Shown here: one piece after another, positions 15,501-30,500 of the stretch
Position numbering within the stretch: position 1 is the stretch's first letter
Layout: each line of letters starts with the position of its first letter
Source of the DNA: Phoronis australis
Taxonomy: Eukaryota; Animalia; Phoronida
Assembly: GCA_002633005.1 (NCBI GenBank)
Contig: NMRA01000284.1
Coordinates: 392,978 to 456,977, forward strand
Direction of reading: 5' to 3'
Length of the DNA: 64,000 nucleotides
Made by a program: the position numbers and the translations under genes
The notes under the pieces: model-generated
Seen by the model: the letters and a program-made list of their open reading frames with translations, nothing else
Databases searched by the model: none
What the model was told of the DNA's origin: nothing

Positions 15501-18500
15501 GACTGAATAACAAGGGCATAACATTAGTTTGGCAAATCTAACTTAGAACAGATAAAACACGCACTAAACTACATGCACTAAGGTACTGACATAGGAAATA
15601 AGCCAAGGGCGACACCCAAAAAGTCTGACGACATATTTATACTGTATTAACAGTTGCAGTAGCCATTGCCCTAATCTACAATTACTAAGTGTTGAAATTA
15701 GGGTGGAGATATCTGGTCCATATTGGAGGCATGGATTTGAATTCATGATTCACTTTCTGGGATTGATTGTAATACAATCACCCTTAATGCAAAAATTGTT
15801 TCTGAAGAAATTGAAAATGCCTGAAAATAGGTCACTTAAGTTTGTAATACACACACGTCACAAACAAAAATCAAAGGCCGCAGAGGAACAAGATTTCACT
15901 ACTCCACCAAGTTCAGAGCTACACAATGAGACATTGTTTGCAATTAAAAATCACCCACATACCCCACCGCCGTTGTTGGCAACATGGGGGGCATTTGCAA
16001 TGAGCAGCAGGGGTCAACCGCTGCGGTGAAATGAGCTTCCAGCAGGAAGAAGGTTCCTCTTGTACAACTGTCATCAATAAGCGAGCCTGGTTTAAAATCA
16101 AAAGGTTACCAACGGATTTTTCATTAAATGTTTTTGTGCCAAGAGCTGACACAAACGTCATCGAATCTTGACAGTTGTGAAATGGAACACAAAAGCACCA
16201 TGATTTCCTTAATTTGTTAACTTTATAAAATCATTCCTGACAACTCATAATCAATTGATGTAGATTGACATCCATCATTCCACAATGACCACATCGCCTG
16301 TTCCTTTTTTAGGACCAGTGATTTAGGGACACTCAACAAGACATGTTAGAGGTGGAGTCCATATTTACACTTCACACTATACACTACAGGCTAATGCTAT
16401 GATATAATTGAACAGATGTCCTTTCTGACTGCTATGCCCCATGGGACATGCATAAAACTTAGAGACATTGCTTAGCAGATGTTCAAGTTTTTCTACCACT
16501 TTTTCAACTCATTTTATGGAATTATAAATCCTACTTACAGTGACTGTAAAGTCTAGACTTGCGATTATCACACACACAGGTCTAAAATTTCACTATTTTG
16601 CACAAAACAAATTGCCAAACATGCCAGCAGTTTCCAGTATACAAAATGTTAATAACTTTGCTACAAATAGTAGAAATCTTACCAAATGTTGTTTTATAAC
16701 ATCCACACAGTAAAAACTATGCTGGTTGTAGACTAAGATTTTCTTAATCTTTTATTTTTTGTGAAGAAATTGGACAAAATAGAAGTTCACTTGTTTACCA
16801 TATTGTGCTCAAAATTAGAAAAAAAAAGAAAAAAGGAATTACCCTCTAGTAACATTTTAGTGAAAACAATGACTACACTCAGTACCAGTGTCATATTGCC
16901 TGTATTGAATAATCATCTTTTGCAGGCAATGAGGCATGAGATAACAAGTCATTGATATTTGACATGCAACCATACCTGTATGGGTAAAAGCTTGAAATCT
17001 AACACTGCAAACACAAAATTAAATATTACAAAGCGCGCAAATGCTTGTAGTTACTATACCGGATATTTTTCTCAGCCCCTATTCATAGGGGTCCCGAATT
17101 TTGAGAATCAGTTTCAAGCCTGTTATTCAGTGCAAAAAACAGGACCCCTATAAGTGATCATTTAAAAACCTGAAAGACACCATCCCAAAAGAAACCTTGT
17201 AGAAGTGACTTGAAAATGGAACATGAGTTTGTGACAAGTTTTCAATTTATAGTTTCTTTACTGAAGAAAGCTGAGCGTATCGAACAGCTCAGTATGCATG
17301 AGACAACTGTACAACAATGCTGCATGGCCTTATTCTTGATGATGCTGGAATCTAGATCTGAAACAAGAGCTACCGGTAATCAAATAAAAGACTCAAACAA
17401 CTTCCATTTGTCTTGACACCAGACAGCCACAAGTCAGTCTGGAAATCGCATATTAAGATAATCGCTCTTAAAAGACAGTTAACTTACTATGAACGAAACG
17501 TAGAAGCTATCAATAAGGCTAACAGTAGAAAAAACAGGCAAAAAAATAATCTTCTCGGCAGAAAACACGTTAAGCAAACCAGCCTGGTGCGAGTTTTTCA
17601 AAGACTCCTCACGGAGCACAAACCAGGTGAAGATCAAAACCTAGCAGAGCATACTTTTAGATCTGAAACACAAAGGGCTGTTGATGGTGCTGAAAGCCTA
17701 TATCTCTTACATTTGGCACTCATAATCTAATCTAAAAACTCCTATAAATGTCAGCCCAATACCAGAGTGACACACCTTTCATACTGACACAAGGCCACAA
17801 GCAGTCTGTCTGGCTGGCCAATGCCACAAATGGCTGTTAGTAAAACTAAAAATCAACACTTCCTGTTAGAGAAAAAACTTGTCAGAATAACAGCCTTGTA
17901 GAAAAGGTCTCTCACGAAATGTGACATGGAAAAAGGCAGAAAATGATCTAATGACTGAACCGTTGTTATAGGCTCTCAGAACATTATTAACTAAAAATAA
18001 TTGCAGTGTAACTAAGTTAAACTCCTTTGAAGATGGTGTTGCTGGCACCAACAACAAACTATTTCTCCAAGGGTAAAACTAGTAACACACACTTTAGGCA
18101 CAATGCCAGTCAAACCTCAGTAAAAACATGAATGAAACTGTCAAGGCAATAAATCTGCATGCTCATGATACAAAACTCTTACCAGATGTCTTGCCAGATG
18201 GATGGGCAGGGAATGACTAGCTACGCTTGACAGTGAGAGTGAGGTCAAATGTGCAGGATCAGTCAATACACATAACATCACTAGAACAGTGGTCTGAGGT
18301 TGATTAGTGGTGACTACCCTCTGCAGTAGGGGTTGATGGGGGTGTGAAGGCGGTGGTGGGCGATCAGCCGAGTCACGCACATGGCAGGGAACAATATCAA
18401 CTGACATGCTGCACTATTAGAAATACTCCTAAAATCTTATAAATTTTGGATGAAAATAACGCCCCGGATTGTCTTTTTTCAATCGAGGCAAATGTGAATT

Positions 18501-21500
18501 GAGTACTATTTATCATTTCAAACCATGTGTCCTAAACTGACAATTTTACCATGAAATGAATTTCATGCAGTGCATACACATTGATGTTACGTGTTACACG
18601 TTACACGTTACATGTTATGTCTCATGATGGCTGAAGTAACAAGCTGTGCACAGAAATGTGTTGCAACTGGACTTGAGTTTTATCATCCAATTAAAGGCCG
18701 AAAATACAACTTTACCTAACTTTTCCAGATGTTGAAAAACCTGAGAAAAACTGTCTACAAGACGAATGCCGAAATAAATTTTAATGGACTGTCATACCGT
18801 TCGAGAAAGGGCAATGCTAGAAACATTTAATTCAACTAATTTTAACTTCATAATGGCTTTTTGTGTAATACATAGCTTCATGAACTTTTCAAGTTATTGA
18901 CTTTAATGACAGAATAAAAACATTAGCAAAAATGAGAAAGCTAAAAACAAGGGCCAAATTAGCCAACAAACAGCAAGTCACCAGTTGAAAGACAAACAAC
19001 AAATTAGTAACAAGTGTCTGTGAAAACTGCTTTGAAAATTATTCAGTAAGAAAACTTAAATTTTCAGGCACAAAATTATGTACTAGTAACAAATATTCAC
19101 TCATGACTAACACCTACCCTGTCCTGAGACCAATGAAACTATCTTTAATGCACACCACTGCTTCAACGTAATACTGATGGCAATTACCGTAATAGAAAAA
19201 CAAAGAATTCACCTGACTACTCAACAGCCGGCCTTATTAAAAGGAATATTTGTATTAAGAACATAACGGAAGACGCGTTAATTCCCCGTCACATTCCACG
19301 GTAGCCTGAGGATAGGAGGGTACTCATTAACACCAGAGAATTAATTAACACTACATACTACAATGAGATCAGATTGACCAGTGCTCAGTTGTGATCCAAT
19401 GAACCGTGAAGACTCCTATCATAAGAGACAATGGGCCGGTGAGCTCATGCGAAAGTGACAGGGCCCGCAACAAAGGCGGCACAAAAAGGAGTCCATAATA
19501 TTAAGATTAGGTTTTCCGCTCTATTTAAGACAATCCCCCAATGCATTCTCGTATTTTCTGAGATGATACTAAGAAACAAGTCAATAACTATTTTCCAAGA
19601 GACCAGCAACATTATGAAATTTACATTTTTGTTGCTAAATGGCGATAGTGGGGGTAGTTGGTGGACAGCCATCTGCATTCTTGTAAGTAATGCAATGGGG
19701 TAATTTTCAGCATTTTTATAAATCCGTCAAGTTGCTACTATTACCAGGTGGGATATACAAAATATCAGTGCATGATAGAAATGGCATTTCGTCCCTGCCA
19801 CCTAGGCCCATACGGCACATCAAAATCAAAAACTAGGTCACGTGCAAGACACTTTTGTGCTGTGACAACACTGAGGAGTTTCTTATCTCGAGTATGTAAT
19901 GTTGTCAAATCTCTGCAAAAATGTCAGTGATGAAAATGATCCTCCATAGAAATGACAGGAAGCCTTTAACAAGCCATTTTAATAAATGAACCATGGCAAA
20001 ATTCTACAAAACAAAAAGTTTCACACCAAATAAAAATTCACAATAGCTACCGTAACCTTTAATGCTGTACCAAGCTATAGCGCAATGCCCTGATAGTAAG
20101 ACTAAATCCCTTAATCCCACTACAGTCCTTATAGTAGTGATATATGGCCCTAATAATCCACCCCAGGAACATCACTAAGCATAATTAGGTCCTTCAGTGT
20201 TTAGTATCAAGTAATTGACCCAATAAAATTTCTAAAGATAGACAGATTCACGTAATAACAGGAGAACTTACTTATAGTTTGTGACGTCCATGTTGAAGAT
20301 TATCATACCTTGTAAAAACACACAGCCCCGTCTAAACCCTTTCTTTTTGCACGAGGTAAATTTCAGAGGTTTTTCACACCCCTAATTACATGCTTTTGCC
20401 CTGCATATGAAACAAAGTACACAAATTGCTTTGCCCGTCAATTAGACTAGTTCCTGGCAGAGGCTGGACTGGTCTGATCTATTCTGGCTCATGACTGGTC
20501 CTAAAAATGTTGTCAATTAACTTAGTAACGTACACTGGCCCTCCAAAAAGGGCATAGGAAAACTGTGATTTACTTTTAATTACATGTTCATGTCTGTCTG
20601 CTAACGACAACATCTTTATAAGCCCGCTCTCCGCGAACATTGCGTTAGTGTTAGCCCATACGCCCAACACTGATGCAAACCATTTCCTACAGACTACTTG
20701 TCTTTGTATTACAAGTCACGGGCACCTATCGAGCAAACTCGCATGACATTTCAAGTAAGGAAGTCAAGACAGTCAGGAACTTGAGTGCATTTTCTGTTTG
20801 TAGTAAGATCTCGAGTTACGGACACAATATGGCGGACAGATTTTTTTTGAATAAGTAAATATTTTATTTCTCAAAAGAAGTAAAATGCTAGCTAATAACT
20901 ATCTAGTAATGGATATGGCGGTAAGATGAATATTTATTTTCTCAGTTTTTCATTCATGAATTAAATTCAATATCAGAATGATGCCATGCCATATCCATGT
21001 TCTGTACCAAAGCTACCAACAGATGGCATTTTTAAGCAATTCAAAACATTGAGCATTCAAAACAATATCAGAAGCCTTTAAAAATAAAAAGAGCGCCACC
21101 ATGTGGCCAGGAGTGAGGCTTTAACTCTCCTCTCAATTATTCTTAAGTGTCTGAAATTGACTCAACCTCATTAGTACTCTATGGACTTTAATATAATAAT
21201 CACCATCAATATTAAAATGAAAAGTCTGTGATTTATTAACATTCATCTATACAGCAGGTGTCAAGTACAGGTGTATAGCCTTAATCCTCTGCTCTATAGT
21301 ACATCACTAGAGATGATATGAGATTACGCAGTTGCAATAGGTTAATGGAAGAGTGTAGACTACAGATAGTGTAAGTCACCATAATGAACACCATAAATCA
21401 CTCTCCCAAAGGACAAAATGTGACTGGCAAAATCTCACCAATTTCAGACAAAAACAATCACTGAAAGTGCACTTTTTCATCTTTGAAGTTTTTCTGACAT

Positions 21501-24500
21501 TAAACACATCCTGTCACTTATTGAGTGGGATTCATCTCCACCAGCACAGTGTTAGACTGCAAGGCTTTCAGTTTCGAATCCGAGCTGCATCTGATCTCAG
21601 AAAATCATTTTTCTTGTCGATTTGGTGACCTCACAAATAGTGAGATAAATATCATTCAGTTAAATCGCATCCTTACTGTGTCACAAATTTCATCCAGTGA
21701 TTCGAAGAGAAGTTCCTTTCACCACAAGACATTCATTAACTTGTTTCAAACGTTACTCACACTTGGCAATTCAGATGACATTTCAAAGTGTTTTCAAGCT
21801 ACTTTTTAAACCTTTGAGGGTTGGCAAGGGTTACACATGGTAAAAATTCTTCAGTTTGTGACGGTCTCTATAAAATTTGGTACATTGAAATCAAGCCGTA
21901 TTTGAATTTTATTGATTCCGATGATTAGGACAATGGCGACTTTGCAGATCATCATATTACTCAAACATTGAACACTGCATTTTGTATTAAACCAGTCTGA
22001 AAGAAAGACTTGGTAGATCATGAAATAGTTGAAAACAGCCACTGATGCAAAATTTTCATTTGTATCCATAGTCTGCAACATTGAATTAAATGACCGCTAG
22101 TTGTTAATTGTAATTCTTAAATTTGGGATGGTCAATATTGCAGATTTCTACGAGCTCTGTTCATGAGCAAATAATTTTTTTACTGTCCCAAACTGGAGAA
22201 TTTTTATCATACAAATGCTAATACAATTCAACTTGTCTACCATACTGAAACATTTTCACCACAGATGTTGAGTTACCCACCTTAGCTTTGGACTGCTGAA
22301 GTTGGTATCCTACATTTTCTAGATCTGTTAAAAGCTTTTGATTCTGCGTCACAAGCTTGTCGTTGTCATTCCTCAGCTGAATCACTCTGGACTTGAGCAG
22401 GTCAATATCACGATCTTGCACACGATTTGAGACTGGCTGAGTAAACTGTTTAAGGGATGACTTCTGAAAAAATGTAAAGTAACACAATGTATGACCCATT
22501 GGGTCTTCAAACTTATTTATGCCCGCTAGCATCATATATACTAGAAATATTTTTGTGACCAGGGTTAATATTTTAGCATCACATTTTCTTTTAGACATTT
22601 TTTTAATGAAATCAAAGCTGAATGCACTAAGATCGCCTCCGGTAACATTTCCCCAGTTTCTAAGATCAAGATTTAAATTCTGAACACCGAGATATCCATA
22701 CGCGATCAACCCCTGGAACACACCAATAACAAAAGAATTGCAGAAATAAAGTAAATGCTTGACGTCACGACCTTTCAAATTCAGTCCTATGCAGCCCTAG
22801 AAAAAAGGTTACAATGTGTAACATTTTACGAAACATATCAAATTTTTTGTTGGTCTCTTTCACCTATAATGGCTCTAGTGTTGCCTAATGACGATACTAG
22901 AGCTTGGATTATTTAGCTTGCAGCAGAAACATTATATCTCTGTTGATTTCCAACTGATGGTGGATGGAAGGAAAATAAAAGGATAGAAAAGTAATTACAC
23001 AGCTCAATGCACAGTCAGTCAGGCCTACAGGCCATTCTAGAATATTCTCTCTGAAAGTGCTTTTGGTGAAGTACTCCTTTGCATCCAATGTGAGATCAAC
23101 TATGTTCATGGTCTTGTCTATAGTAATCAAAAGATTTTTGAAAAAAGGATTTGAATTGCGCCGTAATATTTAAGCAAAATAGCTTACTGTCAACACTGTA
23201 TACCGTAATCGTTCGGGTTAACGCCCATGCTCAGTTAACCGCCCACCCCTACTTTAGGTGGATTTTCGATTTAACCGCCCATTGCTCAGTTAAGCGCCCC
23301 CCTACGATTTTTGAAGATTTCCAGTTAAGCGCCCACCTCTCGGTTAAGCGCCCATCCCGTACTTTTAAAGAATGAAGATTTAGCGCCCAGTGCTAAGGAA
23401 GCGGTGATTCCCCGACTTTTACAAAAAGATCGATGATCACAATGAGCGTAACAACGCCGGGCCTTCAAGACGGTGGTTTAGCAACGTGAATTACAATACA
23501 AGTAAGGAGTTCTTGTCTTGGGTCATGGACTCACTTCAAATTATAATACTTTAACGTTTTTGTCACTTTATTTTCTTCCCATGTTTACAAAGTTTAAGAA
23601 CGGCGCCGGCGTCAAAACCTCCGCTTTCAGCGACTTTGTCTGCCGCACTGAGTTTCGGTNTCCAAAATGACAGAACAGTGTCAAAGGAGGCTCATGCTCG
23701 TGGCACCATTTAACACTTTAGGGTACACAACACACCAGGCTTGCAGTGAATATAATATCCAAAACATTGATCGACTGGCAATTAGTCCAAGAGTGAATAC
23801 CCCCCTCACAGAAAGGGAAAAATTTCAATGCTTCTTATAATTAACCCAGTTTTCAGTTTCCAGGAGAATTGTTCAGCCAAACGAAAACTTATACCTTAAC
23901 AAGGCCTAAGTACGGTTATGAATCTACGTAATATGGCATTCACATGTTATCCGATCTGAGGGCAGATCTACCTTCTTACCGTCAGAATCTTACATTCTAA
24001 TGACCTGATATCCAGAAGGTTTTGCATGCATGTGATTTATCATTTTGTAGATTAAAGTTGATACGCTAATTACTTGCAAGACGGCCACTAGGAAACCTTT
24101 GTGAATGCTCGTTTTTTAAATGTCCTATCTGCCTCCCATTTTAAAATCAATGAGGATAGGAAGAAACAAACTGCTACGCAAAATGGCCCCTTTGCAGTCA
24201 TCACGACCATCTGGGTAAATTTTAATGTTCCCCCTCAATATGTAAATTGTAATTTATATAAACAAAGATGGCACTCAGTTTAACGACAAAAACAAACCAG
24301 GGTGCCCTTTTCTACCCAAATGATACAGTGCGCGAAAAGTTAAGAAATGGATTAAAATTCCAACTTACAGAACTAGCAAAAATTGTGACGTCTGTAAATT
24401 AACACGGACCACTTCGAGTCACTACCACTCACAAACCCGGGTTAGCAAAAACGAAAAAGGTAACGTTTCATTTTGTTTCCGCTGATAATTCACAATGTTA

Positions 24501-27500
24501 CATTTATGACCTCTTAGGTAACCACGGGCCTATATCAGCTACTTAACCATAAGGAAGGGCTCAGCATTGACTTAACTAAATGAAAAAGTGTTCTAATCAA
24601 AACAGAGACTTTTAAGCACATGTCAAGCCATGAACAGACAGAATGGTTGGTTTAATGTTCAAACACGGTGAACAACGCAATGCACGCATGACCACATTTA
24701 ACTAAAGTGAACAACCTATGCCAAAGACTTCTGTCCAAACACACTGATTTAAAATGGCAAATCAAACAGGCAATTGAAAACTCATTTGAATCAACACATA
24801 CACAGTGCCAATCAAAACACAAACTCCTATTATTAAATAAATAATCCACCCTTCACTTGTGTGGCACTATACCCACTAATAGACAATAATTGGTTTATTA
24901 TGATATTAAACAGTGTTTAGAGGTACAATTACATATGAACCAAAAAGTTTGAAGAACCAAAACAGGAAGTCTAGACTGGCCATCAATGACTGGCCATCAA
25001 TGACTGATCATCAATGACCGAACATCCGTGTAAGAAACTTCCAGAAGTACAATTTCACCAATTTAATGAAATTTCATTTCCCGTTTGTAACAAGTAGCAC
25101 CAAATCACTGTAAGACCCTCGATGTCTCAGTTTCCGGGTTGAATATCGGGCCCTGATTCCCAATGAAAAATGTTTAAAAATCATGCAAAATTCCCTTTAT
25201 CAGGCCCAAAAGTTACCCCCTAATGACTTAAAAACTCGTCTCTAGGTTGGAATCGAATCACTTCCGCAAAATGTTAGTTTTGGCTACTTGAGGCATTGCC
25301 AATTAAGGGTGGCGACCCGAGAGTGGAATTGGTGGAGACAGGGGGTGGGGAAAATTTCTTCCCAACCAAAAATGTTCTCCTCTCAGAAGGCACAGGTACC
25401 TAATTCCCCTCTAGTGAATGAGGGCGCTGCAACCCTTCACCAGTTTAAGTTTTATTCCACAGCTTGCCATCAGACGTCTTGAGTGGTTATGGGCATCTGT
25501 AACAATTTTAAAAGCTTTCAAAAATGAAAAAAGATCACCTTCCACTATTATTTTATCCGAAAAAGGTGAGATTTTACTGTAGTCCTCTGACCAGGATAAG
25601 AGAAAGTTATCTAAAATGTCACGCAAATGAACCCTATACGTTAAAGATCAAAGCTTAGAAAACAAAGTGTTGACCTTCAGATAAACACATCGGTACCCCC
25701 AAAATTGATGCCATACAATAAGAAACAACACACAAGAAACATGATACAACATTGTACAACATGATATAACATTGTACAGGATTTCTTCATTTTTGAGTTA
25801 AGTGTCAGCTGCCATGATGAATGGCACCAGCAGCATATTTCTCTACCTGTACACTTGATAATGCAACACAACATTATGGTAACCACAACAATGATGCTGG
25901 TTAACCACGTACCATTAACATACTGTAGTTTCAAATACCCCTACAATAGGGAAGAGTTCACCTTCATTGTATCAATTAAAGTTGCATTTCACCCTCTTTA
26001 TCTGGCTAAAAATAACAATCGCTGTGCATTGTGCAAAAATCCACAGGTACTTTACTGCATTCAGAGTAGCAAAACAATAAGATGTCACCACAATTCATCA
26101 AATGAAATCTTGCTTTTCCATAGTTTTCTAGGGGTAGATCCCAAATCCCCCTTGGGATGAGGAAACCCCCCACCCCTACGTAACCCCAAACAAGCTTTGT
26201 TCGCCTCTCATTGCACTATACTATATTTTCACCTTTTTAACTTTCAAAAGTGGAGAACCCTACAGTGCTATAACATTTCAGTTTATTTACAATTTCAGAT
26301 TAGCACTTTGGTCACAGCGATTATTTCTTTTTTGGGTTAAAATTGCATATGTCCGTGAAACCAGCTACGCGATTCCTACCTGCAAGTCCCTGAATTCACA
26401 CCTACAAAGGCTACCTTGGACAAGTCTCGGTTAATTGCTCAAAACATGAGAAATACAGTATATATTTGATTATTTTGCGGAGCAAAATTGTCATTTTACA
26501 ATAAGTCAGATGTTGACTATCATACTAAGTGAAAATCAAAAACTTTGCAAGAGTTGTTTGAGAACTGTTGCAAATTACAAGTCATGCTAAAATGACTTCA
26601 ATCTCCATATAAATTCAGGCTAAAATGACGTCAATCTGCCAGTAAGTTACTCATGTTTGTTGAGAATAAAATTCTGTCATGTTGTGTTCTAAATATTTGA
26701 AAAATACAACCACACAGTGACAAAGGATTTCAACTACCTTATTCTTCAAAGTTCACTGCTCCTATACAGAACAAGTAGCTGCCACAGAATCCTGTTAAAA
26801 TCCCTTAATCCCAGGATTATCCTGAATGGTACAATAGGTAGATAGGAAGCTATGCCTAGCAGGATCACAAAGGGTAACCTTCAAGCACAAATGAAGCAAG
26901 GTGATTAATGACAAGACCAGTAGGCTTTGACCAAATCCCACACCTGAGAAATAATCTTTTGTTAAAACTGACACTTGTTCAGTGCAACAGAAATAAATCT
27001 TGTTGAAATTTCACCACAGCGGTACAAGGTCTTCCATCTAGGGCACTATTTGCCAACCTAACATGGGGCCCCATTTTATTAGAGATCAAGTCTGGTCGTG
27101 GCTGAAAGAACCACACCATCGATTTTAAATTCCACACAGATATTAAGATGTCTCGTGAAGATGGTCGCTATGTTTGAGTACATAAAATTATCAATTCTAA
27201 GTCAGTTGCAATGCTTTCAGTCATCGGAAAAAACGCAGTGCCACATTTATAATAAAGTGATTAAGATCCAACCATTAATAGTTAATAGCCACAACTGAAC
27301 TCTAGATAGACCTGTTGTATAATAAGATTCTCACCTAAGCCAGTTTACACAATTGCCACGCCACACATAACGACTATTGGACATGAGCAAATTGGCACCT
27401 GGCCAGAAATAAACCGTCATAATTAGTACTTGCTTTGAAATGGAATCTTAACAAGTTTTCAACAATCCAGTATATAAATCTTTCATGTATTACGTAGACT

Positions 27501-30500
27501 TCAAATGTAATTGTATGTTTATGATAATTTCACTAATTTAGGACACGGCATGTGATGCTGCATTTGCAAGGCATGGCGAACAAGCAAAGTTTTACTTCCT
27601 CATTGTTTCAGAAAAGATGCACCAAATTAAAGGTACTGCATTTCCCGTGAACCAACTGCGTACCATGGCTACCAACCAAAATAAAGGTACTGCATTTCCC
27701 ATGTACCAACTGTTTACCATGGCTACCAACCAAAATAAAGGTACTGCATTTCCCATGTACCAACTGTTTACCATGGCTACCAACCAAAATAAAGGTACTG
27801 CATTTCCCATGTACCAACTGCGTACCATGGCTACCAACCAAAATAAAGGTACTGCATTTCCCATGTACCAACTGTGGACCATGGCTACCAACCTAGTTTT
27901 AACAATAGTGGGCATTCACAACAACCATTTGAAAACTTGAAAAACAAAGATTGGGTAGTTAATGCAATCAATTTTGTTTAATATAGGTTATTTTACCTAA
28001 TACTGTAGATCACAATTCTCACCTAGGGCAACTGGAATGCAGATACAGCACAAGCTATGAATCCGAACAAATTTTTTTCCAATGTAGTGCACAGCTGAAA
28101 CCGTCATGCGTTGAAAAGAAATAAATTCATTAGAAAATCCAATATAAACGAAACAAGCCTTAATATTGGTGCTATAAACACTCAGGTGAGATATTTAATA
28201 CATTTATACATGAATGGCACCTCGTAACTACTGGGTGATAAAAAAAGCAGAACCAACACAACAATTGATCCTAATCAAATTAAATCCCACATAATTTATT
28301 TTTCTTCCACTTTGGAGGACTTTAAACTTCAGTCTAATGCCCGATTGTTAACCATACCAGTCAGTTTGCATTGCATTTTAGTTCCATCTAAGAAATCCAA
28401 ACTTCATACAAACCATAGTGGATTCGCTATTGATCTGTAACAGACATTTGTACTCTAATACACACCTTATATAGCAATTGTGCATCATCCAGTATCAAAT
28501 GTTAAATCCAAGAATTTACCAGTGCAGTACAGGATACTCAAATCACTTTACCATCATGCATCTAACTATGTCCCAAGCTGCATTTCAATGCTTGCTAAAA
28601 AGCAGCCAAAGACAAGTTAGCCCAGACTTCTAAGCAATGCACCAGTGTTCCCAGTAAAAAAAAAAAAAAACAATGACTTTTCACCCACAGCATATCTCCT
28701 TACACTTTTGAGATCACGCACAAATATTTGTAGTCAACTCTCACATCTACCTAACATGTAAGGCTTACTGATTTCATAGCAGTCAAAGTCTCTTCCTCCA
28801 CAAGGAAGCCACAAGGAAGCAATCCTATGGATCTATTCAACAGTACTTCCCACTTTAGAAATGTTAAAAGCATTGGATTTATATCACATATACATTTCTA
28901 ACTGTACCTGGAAAGCAAATCTTACTAAATGAGGTGATCCAGATCTTCTGAAGGATACTACTGTTTGAAGAAATTGAGAATGTATATCAAAATAAAACAA
29001 TAATAATGGACTACACTGAAATTTTTCAACATAATCACATCCTTTCTCAACAGTAACAGAAATAAAGTAAAATCAAGAAAGATATGACAAATGACATTTT
29101 TGTGGCCTAATGAAAATGTTAGAATTCACATGATGAAAATTTTCAAGGGTGAAACGTTTCATTTAAGCCTGTTGCTAAAACAGTTTGTACTGTGTAGGTG
29201 ACATAACTATCGGTAAATTTTCCATTATCGGAACAAATCAGCCTTAGTAAACCGGAAATGATAANCCAGAATTTATTCAGAATAAAATGCAGTTCCCTTT
29301 TAATATTGGTGCTATAAACACTCAGGTGAGACATTTAATACACTTATACTTGAATGGCGCCTCGTAACTACTGGGTGATCAAAAAAGCAGAACACAACAA
29401 TTAATCCTAATCAAATTAAATCCCACATAAATCCATTTATTTTTCTTCCACTTTGGAGGACTTTAAACTTCAGTCTACTGCCCAATTGTTAACCATACCA
29501 GTCAGTTTGCATTGCATTTTAGTTCCATCTAAGAAATCCAAACTTCATACAAACCATAGTGGATTCCCTATTGATCTGTAACAGACATTTGTACTCTAAT
29601 ACACAACTTATATAGCAATTGTGCATCATACAGTATCAAATGTTAAATCCAAGAATTTACCAGTGCAGTACAGGATATTCAAATCACTTTATCATCATAC
29701 ATCTAACTATGTCCCAAGCTGCATTTCAATGCTTGCTAAAAAGCATCCAGAGACAAGTTAGATCAGACTTCCAAGCAAAGCACCAGTGTTCCCAGTAAAA
29801 AAAACCCAATGACTTTTCACCCACAGCATATCTCCTTACACTTTTGATATCATGCACAAATATTCCTTGTCAACTCTCACGTCTACCTAACATGTAAGTC
29901 TTACTGATTTCACAGCAGTCAAAGTCTCTTCCTCCACAAGGAAGACACAAGGAAGCAATCCTATGGATCTATTCAAAAGTACTTCCCACTTTAGAAATGT
30001 TAAAAGCATTGGATTTATATCACATATACATTTCTAACTGTACCTAGAAAGCAAATCTTACTAAATGAGGTGATCCAGATCTTCTGAAGGATACTACTGT
30101 TTGAAGAAATTGAGAATGTATATCAAAATAAAACAATAATAATGGACTACACTGAAATTTTTCAACATAATCACATCCTTTCTCAACAGTAACAGAAATA
30201 AAGTAAAATCAAGAAAGATATGACAAATGACATTTTTGTGGCCTAATGAAAATGTTAGAATTCACATGATGAAAATTTTCAAGGGTGAAACGTTTCATTT
30301 AAGCCTGTTGCTAAAACAGTTTGTACTGTGTAGGTGACATAACTATCGGTAAATTTTCCATTATCGGCACAAATCAGCCTTAGTAAACCGGAAATGATAA
30401 CTGTGACTTTTATTTTTGTGCGAAATAAGTTGAGAATTATCAACAGCATAAAAAATAAAATAAGAGAATCACAGTTGCATAGCTGATTAGATCCAATACA

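Noticed and set aside
27592-27940. Repeat-protein ORFs on both strands
   Set aside because: By-products of the 54-bp minisatellite; no splice or coding signal.
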